Origin: Coprothermobacterota bacterium
GTDB lineage: Bacteria > Coprothermobacterota > HKB111
Assembly: GCA_037440465.1 (NCBI GenBank)
Contig: JBBIUB010000001.1
Location: 92,415 to 156,414, forward strand
Length of the DNA: 64,000 nucleotides
Direction of reading: 5' to 3'
Below are positions 1 through 9,107 of the stretch, one piece after another. Numbering within the stretch: position 1 is the stretch's first letter; the number at the start of each line of letters is the position of its first letter. Made by a program: the position numbers and the translations under genes. The notes beneath the pieces were generated by a model. It saw only the letters and a list, made by a program, of their open reading frames with translations. It was not told the DNA's origin and did no database searches.

Positions 1-633
1 GCTTAACTGAGCCAGAGTTTCCACATTACTCACCACCGTTGGGTAACCGAAGAGACCTTTCTCCACAGGATAAGGAGGTTTATCCAGAGGAAATCCAGCA
101 AAAACCCTCTTATCTATTAAAGATATGAGGGCAGTTTCCTCTCCCTCCACATATCTTCCCCTGGTAAAAAAGAGATGTATCCTGACCTTTAAAAGGTCTT
201 CCACCATATGAAAATAGGGTTTCAGCCTATCTCCTTCAGATAAATATTCATGTCTTAAAGCAAAATATACTTCACTAACGCCAAGGGTTTTAATGGAAGC
301 AGCCAGAGCCAGAACTATTCGCTGAGGCGACCTCCTCAAAAGGAAGAAGTCGCTATATATCCCCTTTTCTCCTTCACAACCGTTAGCTATCAATATGCGA
401 GGAGGTCTGTTTTTTAAAGCTAATTGCCACTTTAGGTGAAGAGGAAAGCCTCCGCCCCCCCTACCTCTGAGATTACTCCTCTCAACTAAGTGAATAATCT
501 CTTCAGAGCTCAAACTCTGTAATCTTTCTAATACTTCACTCAGACTTATATCCCGTAGGATTGACTCTAAGTAGGGAGGTTTGGTCAAAGTTGTTATTCG
601 GGGTATAACCTTGCCATGCAATTCAACTTTCAA
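1..633 (-). CDS. NuoF-like NADH-binding flavoprotein subunit; N-terminal part only, gene runs off the window start
   Basis: Own minus-strand translation (absent from ORF track, non-ATG start): ...ERSNLRGRGGGGFPLHLKW...ANGCEGEKG...YVEGEETALISLI..., blocks typical of the NuoF/HydB 51-kDa family. TTG at 631-633 with GGAGG 9 nt upstream. Confidence 0.6.
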   Translation of the reverse strand, partial: MKVELHGKVIPRITTLTKPPYLESILRDISLSEVLERLQSLSSEEIIHLVERSNLRGRGGGGFPLHLKWQLALKNRPPRILIANGCEGEKGIYSDFFLLRRSPQRIVLALAASIKTLGVSEVYFALRHEYLSEGDRLKPYFHMVEDLLKVRIHLFFTRGRYVEGEETALISLIDKRVFAGFPLDKPPYPVEKGLFGYPTVVSNVETLAQLS

Positions 634-674
634 GTATAGATACCTCCTTCCTTAATCTATGAAATAAAACAATC

Positions 675-1094
675 CTATTTCTTGCCCAACTCTTTTTCAA
701 TCTTCGACTTCAAATCATCTCTTATCTCTCTGAAAACAACCCTGATTTCTTCTTCGCTACCTGTCGCCTCTGCAGGGTCAGGGAAACTCCAGTGAAGATA
801 TTTTGTCGCTGTTCCGGGGAAAAAGGGACAGGTAGCCCTGGCTTTATCGCACACTGTTATTACAAAATCAAATTCCTGTCCCAGGAACTCCTTCAGGGAC
901 TTTGATCTGTGATGAGATATGTTAATTCCTATCTCATCCATGACCTCAATAGATTTCGGGTTGACATTAGACGGGTGAGAACCAGCGCTGAAGACTTCAA
1001 AATTGTTTCCATAAAAGTGACGCAAAATCCCTTCAGCCATCTGAGACCGGGCAGAGTTCTGGGTACAGAGAAACATAACCTTTTTTTTCACCAC
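675..1094 (-). CDS. arsC: Arsenate reductase, thioredoxin-coupled LMW-PTPase type
   Basis: 139 aa. P-loop CTQNSARS near N-terminus (CX5R) plus VCDKARATCP giving the Cys82/Cys89-like pair of pI258/B. subtilis ArsC. Confidence 0.85.
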   Translation of the reverse strand: MVKKKVMFLCTQNSARSQMAEGILRHFYGNNFEVFSAGSHPSNVNPKSIEVMDEIGINISHHRSKSLKEFLGQEFDFVITVCDKARATCPFFPGTATKYLHWSFPDPAEATGSEEEIRVVFREIRDDLKSKIEKELGKK

Positions 1095-1108
1095 AGGATT
1101 ATCCTCTA

Positions 1109-1753
1109 TTAATCGGGGAGGACATAGAAAAGCATAGCGATGTAATGACTAATACTACCACCAAGAACAAAGAGGTGCCAGATTGTATGGTTAAATGGGA
1201 TCTTTCTAATAGCAAAAAATATTACTCCCAGGCTGTAAAATAAACCACCAATAATCAACCAGATAACTCCTCCTGCAGGTAATCTCTGAAGCAAGGGGCC
1301 AAAAGCCACAACAGCTAACCAACCCATTAATAGATAAAATGTAGTAGAAAGAATTTCATACCTTGTCTTAAAAATAATCTTATAAGTTATTCCCATAAGA
1401 CCTAATCCCCAGATAATACCAAGTATAGTCCACCCCCATATTCCTCTTAAAGTCACCAGGGCAAAGGGAGTGTAAGTGCCTGCTATTAATATATAAATTG
1501 CAGAATGGTCTATTATTCTGAAGATGCTTTTTACTTTCTTTTGCTGGAAACTATGGTAAAATGTAGAAGCTGCATATAACAAAACCAGGCTGGAACCATA
1601 AATACTAAAACTAACTATCCGCCAGACATCTCCTTTTGAACTTGCCAAAACCAGTAACATAACCAGACCAAAGATACTCAATCCAAAGCCAATTCCATGA
1701 GTGATACTATTAGCTATCTCTTCAGCAAAACTTTTTATTCTGGACCTAATCAT
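1109..1753 (-). CDS. Hemolysin III / PAQR family membrane protein
   Basis: Seven hydrophobic segments with HSFQ...DHSAIYILIAGTYTPF...HxxxH-like tail typical of HlyIII. ORF track starts at 1837, but Met29 (1753) avoids a 92-nt overlap with the upstream MFS gene. Confidence 0.75.
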   Translation of the reverse strand: MIRSRIKSFAEEIANSITHGIGFGLSIFGLVMLLVLASSKGDVWRIVSFSIYGSSLVLLYAASTFYHSFQQKKVKSIFRIIDHSAIYILIAGTYTPFALVTLRGIWGWTILGIIWGLGLMGITYKIIFKTRYEILSTTFYLLMGWLAVVAFGPLLQRLPAGGVIWLIIGGLFYSLGVIFFAIRKIPFNHTIWHLFVLGGSISHYIAMLFYVLPD

Positions 1754-3128
1754 CCCTGCTACCTCCAACATCATGATCAGGTAAAAGGTCTTCTGCTTCC
1801 CTAATTGCTTTGAAAGTATAACTACCCAAACCAACAAGAGCCCCTAACAACCCAAAAATTATAAACATTAAACTCATCCCTGAACCTTTATCAGTACCGA
1901 CTAACCAACCAAAGGATAAGGCGAGAGTTGAATTATTACTCATAGCAGGTTCAAATACATAATCAGCCAGTGGACCTGCAATAAGCATTGCTACAGGAGC
2001 GGTTATCTGGGCAATTAATCTTCTGACAGCAAAAACGCGCCCCTGTACATCAGGTGCTACCTTAGCCTGCCATATTCCCTGGTTGGAACCGTTAATTATA
2101 GGCAAGAAGAATGATGCAAAGAAGGAAGCTATCATCCATATTGGAAGGTTATGGCCAGCTCCCATCAAAACCATGCCCAGAAGGCTACTTCCCACCATCC
2201 CCAGTAATACTCCATGTACTCGTTGTTTTGGCCCTCCCCATATACTTAATAAAAGAGCACCGAGAACTCCACCAACACCTGAGGTTGACCAAACGCTTCC
2301 CAGAATCACAGAATTATTTCCAGTACGAGCAAGAATCATTGGTGCAAGGACGGTATAGGCAATAGTGGCCATAAAGTTACTGGCAAAAAATACCAGTTGA
2401 AGACCCAGAAGACTTGGTCGTTGTAAGATATATTCAAATCCATATAGGGATTCCCGCCAGATACTTCCTTTCCCTTTCTGACCAGCTTCGGTTTTAGGAG
2501 GTTGAGGTATATACACCATAAGGAGAGCACCAATAGCAAAAATAAAAGTTAATATATCAATGGTCATAACACCTGCTATTCCAATAAACTTAAGTAAAAT
2601 CCCAGCCAATATAGGAGCAGCAATTACTGAAGCTGAGTCGGCCAGAGAAAGCATTCCACTTGCCCTCGTATAGTGTTTTTTGGGAAGCATCATAGTTATA
2701 GCAGCAGAGTAGGCAGGAAATTGGAAGGCCTGGAAGGCGCCTGTTATGGCACCAGTAATAAACAGGTGCCAGATCTGAAGTTTGCCTGTAATATACAGTG
2801 TAAGAACTATAATAGTCATAATCCCTGCTATAAGGTCAGTCATTATCATGATTGTTTTTCGATTCCACCTGTCCACAAGAGCACCAGCTATGGGGCTTAA
2901 TATAACAGTAGGTCCAAAAGAGAAAAAAGCCACCAGCGCCAGGGCAGTTACCTTACCTGTTATCTGCCATGCCCAGATTGTCAGGGCAAAACCGGTCATA
3001 GTTGTTCCAAGCAGAGAAACTAATTGCCCAAACCAGACCACCGTAAAACCAGGCATCCCGGTAAAACGATTTCTTTCATCATTAAAGGATTTATCTTCTG
3101 AGCTATTAGTATTTTTTACTTCATCCAA
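1746..3128 (-). CDS. MFS transporter (MFS_3 / EntS-like efflux type)
   Basis: 460 aa with about 12 hydrophobic helices and a DRWNRK loop after TM2. TTG start with GGAGGAAG 7 nt upstream. Confidence 0.75.
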   Translation of the reverse strand: MDEVKNTNSSEDKSFNDERNRFTGMPGFTVVWFGQLVSLLGTTMTGFALTIWAWQITGKVTALALVAFFSFGPTVILSPIAGALVDRWNRKTIMIMTDLIAGIMTIIVLTLYITGKLQIWHLFITGAITGAFQAFQFPAYSAAITMMLPKKHYTRASGMLSLADSASVIAAPILAGILLKFIGIAGVMTIDILTFIFAIGALLMVYIPQPPKTEAGQKGKGSIWRESLYGFEYILQRPSLLGLQLVFFASNFMATIAYTVLAPMILARTGNNSVILGSVWSTSGVGGVLGALLLSIWGGPKQRVHGVLLGMVGSSLLGMVLMGAGHNLPIWMIASFFASFFLPIINGSNQGIWQAKVAPDVQGRVFAVRRLIAQITAPVAMLIAGPLADYVFEPAMSNNSTLALSFGWLVGTDKGSGMSLMFIIFGLLGALVGLGSYTFKAIREAEDLLPDHDVGGSRDD

Positions 3129-3216
3129 ATTTATTCTTCCTCCAACTAATATATAGGGATGATTCTCACGTACTTAAAAAAAGTTTTCAATTACATTCAA
3201 GTAAGCTGTTTTTATC

Positions 3217-4566
3217 TTATTTCATAGAAGCACAATGGCTATATAATACATCGTTCAATATTTTATTTAAAGCCGCTGATGATTTTATCATGAGCTCATC
3301 TTCATCAATAAATAGTAGTTTGCCATTTAAACATAATGGTTTACCGTCAACAATGGTGGACTCTACTGAATAAGCATTTAATGCATAAACCAGGAGAGAG
3401 TAAGGATTAGCCTCACCAATAGGCCAGGCATTAATCTTTTTGGGATTTATGATAACCATATCTGCTTTTTTCCCCACTTCTAAACTACCAACCTCTTTAT
3501 TTAGACCCAGGGCTTTTGCACCTCCCAGCGTTGCCAGAGTAAAAGTAGTTTCCGCAGGCATAGTTGTAGGTCCATGAATTGGCTTTTGTATTAGGGAAGC
3601 GAGACGCATTTCCATGAATACATCCAGATTATTATTACAGGGAGCACCGTCAGCACCTAACGAAACATCAATACCCATTTCCAACATTTTTGGGATTGGT
3701 GCTATACCTGATGCCAGTTTAAGGTTAGAAGAGGGACAGTGGAGTACTTTTGTTCCAGTATTCTTGAGCGTTTCCAGCTCTTTTTCGGTTACATGTACAC
3801 AGTGAGCTAAAAGAAGATTTTCTCCAGTTAGTCCTAACGAATCGAGGTATTCAATATTATCCTTTCCAAATCTTTCTTTTACAAGTCTCACTTCTTCTCT
3901 GTTTTCTGAAGCGTGAGTGTGAAGTAAGAGGTTATTTTTTTGAGCTAATTCTTTAGCACTAATAAGGAGTTCTTCAGTAGAAGATATAACAAACCGAGGT
4001 GTAACTGCATAACGAATCCTACCTCCATCTTTAAGATGAAATGTTTTTATGAGTTCTTCAGTTTCCCTGAGAGTATTTGAAGTTCTTTCTTTTAACAGAT
4101 CAGGACTATCAGATCCAAAATCCATCATTACTTTCCCACAAGTGGCCCTTATTCCTGTCTCAAGTAGAACATCAAAAACCACTTCGCTATGGTGAACAGT
4201 AGCCATATCTAATATACAGGTGGTTCCACCTCTAATGAGTTCTGCCACTCCCAGTAATGCTGAAATCCTTATAGTTTCTTTATCAAGAGAAGTTTCAAAA
4301 GGTAAGATTCTTTTTTTTAACCAGTCTAAAAGCTCCAGGTCATTTGCTTGATTGCGAAAAAGTGTCTGAATTAAGTGAATGTGAGTCTGTATCAACCCTG
4401 GAATTACCCATTTACCTTCTGCATCTATTACCAGGTTAGCTGTGTTCCGGGAACTTTCAAGCTCTTTTATAATGTTCCCTTCTACATAAATATCGCCTTT
4501 GAACACCCTTCTTCGGGGGTCCATAGTAATTAATAGTCCATTTTTTACCAGAATGGATGAGTTCAT
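3217..4566 (-). CDS. Amidohydrolase-superfamily enzyme, SsnA/chlorohydrolase/deaminase-like
   Basis: 449 aa. N-terminal VIPGLIQTHIHLIQ (HxH metal motif), HTHASE and SLGADG blocks of the cytosine/guanine/MTA-deaminase-SsnA group. 4-nt ATGA overlap with the ygeW-like gene. Confidence 0.7.
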   Translation of the reverse strand: MNSSILVKNGLLITMDPRRRVFKGDIYVEGNIIKELESSRNTANLVIDAEGKWVIPGLIQTHIHLIQTLFRNQANDLELLDWLKKRILPFETSLDKETIRISALLGVAELIRGGTTCILDMATVHHSEVVFDVLLETGIRATCGKVMMDFGSDSPDLLKERTSNTLRETEELIKTFHLKDGGRIRYAVTPRFVISSTEELLISAKELAQKNNLLLHTHASENREEVRLVKERFGKDNIEYLDSLGLTGENLLLAHCVHVTEKELETLKNTGTKVLHCPSSNLKLASGIAPIPKMLEMGIDVSLGADGAPCNNNLDVFMEMRLASLIQKPIHGPTTMPAETTFTLATLGGAKALGLNKEVGSLEVGKKADMVIINPKKINAWPIGEANPYSLLVYALNAYSVESTIVDGKPLCLNGKLLFIDEDELMIKSSAALNKILNDVLYSHCASMK

Positions 4567-5576
4567 AAACGTCCATTTCCCATTATCAGAGCCATCAATG
4601 CTTTCTGAATGTGGAGCCTGTTTTCTGCCTCATCTTTAACTACTGAATGTGGTCCATCAATGACCTCATTAGTGACCTCAAATCCCCTGTCAGCAGGAAG
4701 GGGGTGCATATATAGAGCGTGTTTTTTAGTTAGGCTCATCATCTGAAAGTCGCATCTCCAGGAAGGATATTTCTTAATAAGTTCTATTCCTTCTTTTTGA
4801 TCCTGTGTGTATACTAAAGGACCCCAGGACTTAGGAATAACTACATCAGCATCCTTGAAAGCCTCATCCATACCTTGAGGATCGCTGACTATTTTGAGGT
4901 TTCCCCCACCATCCTGTGCCCTTTGTTGTGCCAGCTCTACAATCTCTTTTTGAAGATTAAACTCGGGAGGATGAGCTAAAACCACATCTATACCATAACG
5001 GGGCATAAGAGTAATCAAACTCTGAGGGACAGAGATAGGTCTAACATAATTAGGGGCATGGGTCCATGATACGCCAAGCTTTAAACCTTTTAGATTGCGG
5101 GTGGAGAATTTTTCCATCATAGTCAATAAATCTCCCATTATCTGAGGAGGATGATAAACATCATCCTGCATGTTGATAACAGGAATAGAAGCGTACTTTT
5201 CAACTTCCCTGAGGTATTTATGTCCTTCATTATAAGTACAATATCTTATAGATATCCCATGACCATAACGACTCAAAACCTCTGCTGTATCTTTTGGACC
5301 CTCTCCATGAGAAATCTGCAAGGCAGAAGGGCTCAAAAAATGGGCATGACCACCAAGCTGGGTCATACCAGCCTCAAAAGAGTTTCTTGTTCTGGTAGAA
5401 GAGTCAAAAAATATCATAAATAGGGTTTTATTCTTAAGTATCTCGTGGGGGAAACCAAGACCAAAAAGCATTTTAAGGTAAAAAGCTACCTCTATTATGG
5501 TATCCAGCTCTTCTCTATTCCAATCTTCATGTGTTATAAAATGTCTTCCTCTTAAGTCAGTTCGCAAAACAGTCAC
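4563..5576 (-). CDS. ygeW: YgeW-like (knotted) carbamoyltransferase
   Basis: STRTR carbamoyl-phosphate motif. The stretch KLGVSWTHAPNYVRPISVPQSLITLMPRYGIDVVLAHP...EAFKDADVVIPKSWGP closely parallels recalled E. coli YgeW. HPLPADRG replaces HCLPA. The TTG at 5567 (8 nt after AAGGAGG) is a better start than the GTG at 5576. Confidence 0.75.
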   Translation of the reverse strand: MTVLRTDLRGRHFITHEDWNREELDTIIEVAFYLKMLFGLGFPHEILKNKTLFMIFFDSSTRTRNSFEAGMTQLGGHAHFLSPSALQISHGEGPKDTAEVLSRYGHGISIRYCTYNEGHKYLREVEKYASIPVINMQDDVYHPPQIMGDLLTMMEKFSTRNLKGLKLGVSWTHAPNYVRPISVPQSLITLMPRYGIDVVLAHPPEFNLQKEIVELAQQRAQDGGGNLKIVSDPQGMDEAFKDADVVIPKSWGPLVYTQDQKEGIELIKKYPSWRCDFQMMSLTKKHALYMHPLPADRGFEVTNEVIDGPHSVVKDEAENRLHIQKALMALIMGNGRL

Positions 5577-5606
5577 CTCCTTATAATAAATCTAAAATTT
5601 TCACTG

Positions 5607-5638
5607 GAATCCTTGACCCCTTGAATCCTTGACTCCTA
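5607..5638. repeat. Tandem 16-nt repeat in the ygeY-ygeW spacer
   Basis: Plus strand gaatccttgaccccTT / gaatccttgactccTA (5607-5622, 5623-5638). Minus-strand RNA reads GUCAAGGAUUCAAGGG GUCAAGGAUUCCAGUG. Confidence 0.8.
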
Positions 5639-5654
5639 TGTTTATTTAAATATG

Positions 5655-6857
5655 TTACCCATTTCTTTGGCTGAAAACATGTGGAAATAGAGCATAAAAC
5701 TCTGTAGCCTTTAAAAGATGGTCAACAGGAACCTGATCATTGCTGGTATGAGCATACTCTTCCTCACCAGGTCCATACCCTATAGTTGGAATGCCTGCTT
5801 TACCCATCCAGTATACTCCGTTGGTACTGAAATTCCACCTACCCAACGTAGCTTTCTCGCTCGTTAATAAATAATGTGTTTCCTGAGCTACTTTGACAAA
5901 GGGAGACATTTCAGGAAGAGCCCAGGAAGGAAAATAGTGTTCTAATTTAAGGTTCATGCCGGTATAAGCCTTAAAAACAGACTCTATAACTTCTATCTTT
6001 CCTCCATAAGGCTGAATAGCTTCCTCAATCTCTTTTTTTACTCTTTCCAGAGTCTCACCCGCTGTCAACCTTCTATCAATAAAAAGAGTAGCTTTTGCAG
6101 GTACAGCGTTAATAGATGAAGTATCTACCTTCAAGTCTGAAACAACGAGGCTACCCTTCCCAAGAAAATGGTCTTCCAGAAAATTTTTATTCAACTCTTC
6201 CAATTCTAATAGAGCCTTTGAAGATTTAATAAGTGCGTTTTCCCCTAAATGAGGCATGGAAGCATGAGCAGAACGACCGGTAAAAGATATGGAAAATTCA
6301 ACTCTACCTCTATGACCACGATAAATTCTAAGTCCTGTAGGTTCACCAATAACAACACCCTCTGGTCTCATGCCTTTATTTTCTACAAGCACCTGGCTGG
6401 CTAAACCGTCGCATATTTCTTCAGCATTACCTTGAAGGTAAAGAGTAAATTCGGAAGGAAGAAGATTTAGCTCTCTGGCAATTACCATACCAAAAAACAT
6501 AGAGGCAAAACCACCTTTTTCATCACCTGCCCCCAATCCATAAATTACTCCATCTTCTTCGTAAGCATTAAAAGGGTCTCCCTTCCAGGAATTAATATCT
6601 CCAACGCCTACTGTATCTAAATGAGCATCGTAAACCATGGCTCGGGGCCCTTCACCTATTCTAATAAGAGCATTACCCATAGGGTCTCTTTCAAAATCCA
6701 GTCCCCATTGGATCGCCTGGTTTTCAACAAAGGTTACTATATCTTTAATGTCTCCACAAATGCTTTTAATACCAATTAAATCCCTTAATAAATTTTTTAT
6801 CTCATTCTTTTTTTTAAAACCAACTTCCTTAATCTTATTTATCAACTCTTCTTTCAT
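5655..6857 (-). CDS. ygeY: YgeY-like M20 family peptidase/deacylase
   Basis: 400 aa. Blocks DPMGN, DAHLDTVG, GAGDEKGG, YRGHRGR, FLGKGSLVVS, IDRRLTAGET, WNFSTNG and GIPTIGYGPG parallel recalled E. coli YgeY. Confidence 0.65.
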   Translation of the reverse strand: MKEELINKIKEVGFKKKNEIKNLLRDLIGIKSICGDIKDIVTFVENQAIQWGLDFERDPMGNALIRIGEGPRAMVYDAHLDTVGVGDINSWKGDPFNAYEEDGVIYGLGAGDEKGGFASMFFGMVIARELNLLPSEFTLYLQGNAEEICDGLASQVLVENKGMRPEGVVIGEPTGLRIYRGHRGRVEFSISFTGRSAHASMPHLGENALIKSSKALLELEELNKNFLEDHFLGKGSLVVSDLKVDTSSINAVPAKATLFIDRRLTAGETLERVKKEIEEAIQPYGGKIEVIESVFKAYTGMNLKLEHYFPSWALPEMSPFVKVAQETHYLLTSEKATLGRWNFSTNGVYWMGKAGIPTIGYGPGEEEYAHTSNDQVPVDHLLKATEFYALFPHVFSQRNG

Positions 6858-7877
6858 CTATTCAATAACCTCTATTTTTTCAAGTATAGCAATTTGTTCT
6901 TCAGTAAGCCCTGTTTGATGTTCCCTTTCTGGAATCTCTACTACCTTTTCTTCTCCTAATAGTGCTGTAGAAAGGTACCGAAAGCCATGATCATTAAACA
7001 TGGTTATCACTCTTTTAAATTTAGGATGTTTCTTCTTGAGCTTCAAAGCCCCAACCACGTTAGCTCCAGTAGATATTCCAACAAAAAGACCTTCTTCTCT
7101 GGACATTCTGTTAGCCATATCAATAGCTTCCTGGGATGAAACAAGAACCACACCGTCAAGAAGGGTAATATCAAAAATAGAAGGTACAAAACCATCACCT
7201 ATTCCTTCTATCTTATGGTAACCCCAACCCCTCCCAGCTAAAATAGCGCACTCTTTAGGTTCTATGGCAAATATTCTAATTGAGGGGTTCTTCTCTTTCA
7301 AAAACTTGGCAACACCTGTAATTGTCCCTGCACTACCTTGCGTTGCTATAAAGGCATCAATAGTTCCACCTGTCTGTTCCCATATTTCGGGACCAGTTGT
7401 CATATAGTGAGCCTCTACATTTAAAGGATTATTAAACTGATTTACCCAAAAATATTTGCCCGGTTCCACTTCTAATAATTCCTGAACTTTCTTAAGAGTA
7501 AGATCTACATCAGATTCTGCTCCTGGTGTAAACATTATTTCTGCTCCAAAGGCTCGGATAGCTTTCTTCCTTTCTTCACTCATACCATCGGGCATTATTA
7601 TCAAAACTGGATGACCCAAAAAAGCTCCCATCATAGCTGTAGCAATTCCCGTATTGCCTGTAGTAGCTTCAAGAATAGTTATTCCAGGTTTTAGCTTTCC
7701 TTCCTTTATTGCTGAGGTTAGAATGTGGAGAAGGATTCTGTCCTTCAGGCTACCTGAAGGATTTAGAAATTCACACTTCCCAAGAATCTCCAATTCCTCC
7801 TTAACTCCAATCCTGGTAAGTTTTAAAAGAGGAGTTTTACCAATAAGCTGAGTTAGGTTCTCTTTATACTTTGACAT
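6858..7877 (-). CDS. PLP-dependent fold-type II enzyme, cysteine synthase (CysK/CysM)-like
   Basis: 339 aa. GKTPLL, NPSGSLKDR (PLP lysine), TTGNTGIA and GISTGAN blocks. Occupies the position that the fold-type II enzyme YgeX/DpaL has in the E. coli ygeW cluster. Confidence 0.7.
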   Translation of the reverse strand: MSKYKENLTQLIGKTPLLKLTRIGVKEELEILGKCEFLNPSGSLKDRILLHILTSAIKEGKLKPGITILEATTGNTGIATAMMGAFLGHPVLIIMPDGMSEERKKAIRAFGAEIMFTPGAESDVDLTLKKVQELLEVEPGKYFWVNQFNNPLNVEAHYMTTGPEIWEQTGGTIDAFIATQGSAGTITGVAKFLKEKNPSIRIFAIEPKECAILAGRGWGYHKIEGIGDGFVPSIFDITLLDGVVLVSSQEAIDMANRMSREEGLFVGISTGANVVGALKLKKKHPKFKRVITMFNDHGFRYLSTALLGEEKVVEIPEREHQTGLTEEQIAILEKIEVIE

Positions 7878-7910
7878 TAAAATTACCTCCAGATATTTTT
7901 ATAAACCTCC

Positions 7911-9107
7911 TCATATCCGAGGAAAGGGCTTGCTTAAAGCATGAGTTGGGCAGAGAGAATAGCAGAGTCCGCAGCCCACGCAACAGTCTTCATCAAGAAA
8001 AAGATAGCTTCTACCGTTTTCCTCTTTGATACTCAAGGCTTCACTCACGCAGGTTTTTACACAGAGTCCACAGGTTTTACACTTTTCTTCATCAACTACA
8101 GTTGCTACCCGTTCCACCACTTCATCTTGACCATCCTTCAGGGAGCGAAGGTAAAGACCCTGGATATCCTTCACAGAAGTGAAATCATGCTCTTCTAACC
8201 ACTCCTCTAACTCCCTTACCACTCTGCCGAAGATAGAAGGTCCCTCTAGTATGGCACCAGTACATATCTGAACCATAGAAGCTCCTGCCATTAAAAATTC
8301 CACTACATCACTCCCCGATAAAACACCGCCTACTCCAATAACTGGCCTTTTTGTAGAACGAGCAATGTCAAAAACAATCCTCAGAGCTAATGGTTTAATA
8401 GGTGCTCCTGATATCCAGCCAAAGCCATACTTGCTTCCCAGTACAGGTTCAACCTTATCAATATCAAAAGTTAACGTAGGACCTAAGGAATTGATAGCCA
8501 CAAAACCATCTACATAAGGTTCTAAGGCTTGTACTAACTCAATAACATCAGGGACATTTGGAGAAATCTTGGGAAATATTGGGATAGATACAGCATTTCT
8601 AAGGGATTTAGCTGTATCTACCAAAGGTTCCAGACTTTTACCCAGGTAATGCAGGGAAAACTCAATAGCTGAAACCCCCTTTTTCTCCACTAAAGGACCT
8701 ATCTCCCTAACTTGAGCTGGAGAATATCCTATGCTGGCAATCACTGGAAGATTAGAGCTAAGGGCTATATCATACTCCTTATTAAGCCAGTCTTCTAAAG
8801 GTTTTTCAGACCAGAGTTCAGTATTTAGAAGAGCCTGGCTTAATTTGATCTTAACCCTCGAGGCTTTAACTAACTTACCTTGAATTACCGTAGATATCTC
8901 ATGAAGCAATTCCCCTCTTTGTGGAACCATCATATTAGGTTTAGGTACTTTAGCAGGGTTGGTTGATACAGTCTTGGTAACCAAACCACCTGCACCACCT
9001 TTAGCCATCTTTAAAAGGGTATCACCGTCACGGGAAGGAGTGCCTGCTGCCACCAGAATCGGGTTCGGGAATCTGATTCCACAAAGATCTACCCTAAGAT
9101 CCACCAT
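7911..9107 (-). CDS. Dihydroorotate/dihydropyrimidine dehydrogenase (PreA)-like flavoprotein with C-terminal 2x[4Fe-4S] ferredoxin domain
   Basis: N-terminal LCGIRFPNPILVAAGT and GGVLSGSDVVEFLMAGASMVQICT TIM-barrel blocks. C-terminal CKTCGLCVKTC and CVGCGLCYSLCP cluster motifs. 14-nt overlap with the upstream AOR gene. Confidence 0.7.
   Translation of the reverse strand: MVDLRVDLCGIRFPNPILVAAGTPSRDGDTLLKMAKGGAGGLVTKTVSTNPAKVPKPNMMVPQRGELLHEISTVIQGKLVKASRVKIKLSQALLNTELWSEKPLEDWLNKEYDIALSSNLPVIASIGYSPAQVREIGPLVEKKGVSAIEFSLHYLGKSLEPLVDTAKSLRNAVSIPIFPKISPNVPDVIELVQALEPYVDGFVAINSLGPTLTFDIDKVEPVLGSKYGFGWISGAPIKPLALRIVFDIARSTKRPVIGVGGVLSGSDVVEFLMAGASMVQICTGAILEGPSIFGRVVRELEEWLEEHDFTSVKDIQGLYLRSLKDGQDEVVERVATVVDEEKCKTCGLCVKTCVSEALSIKEENGRSYLFLDEDCCVGCGLCYSLCPTHALSKPFPRI

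Noticed and set aside
3217-9107. Looked for selenocysteine recoding (in-frame TGA splitting an ORF, SECIS-like hairpin), because ygeW/ygeY/ssnA neighbourhoods are selenium-linked in E. coli.
   Set aside because: All ORFs in the block are contiguous and full length relative to the families I recognise. No pair of adjacent same-frame ORFs is separated by a single TGA.
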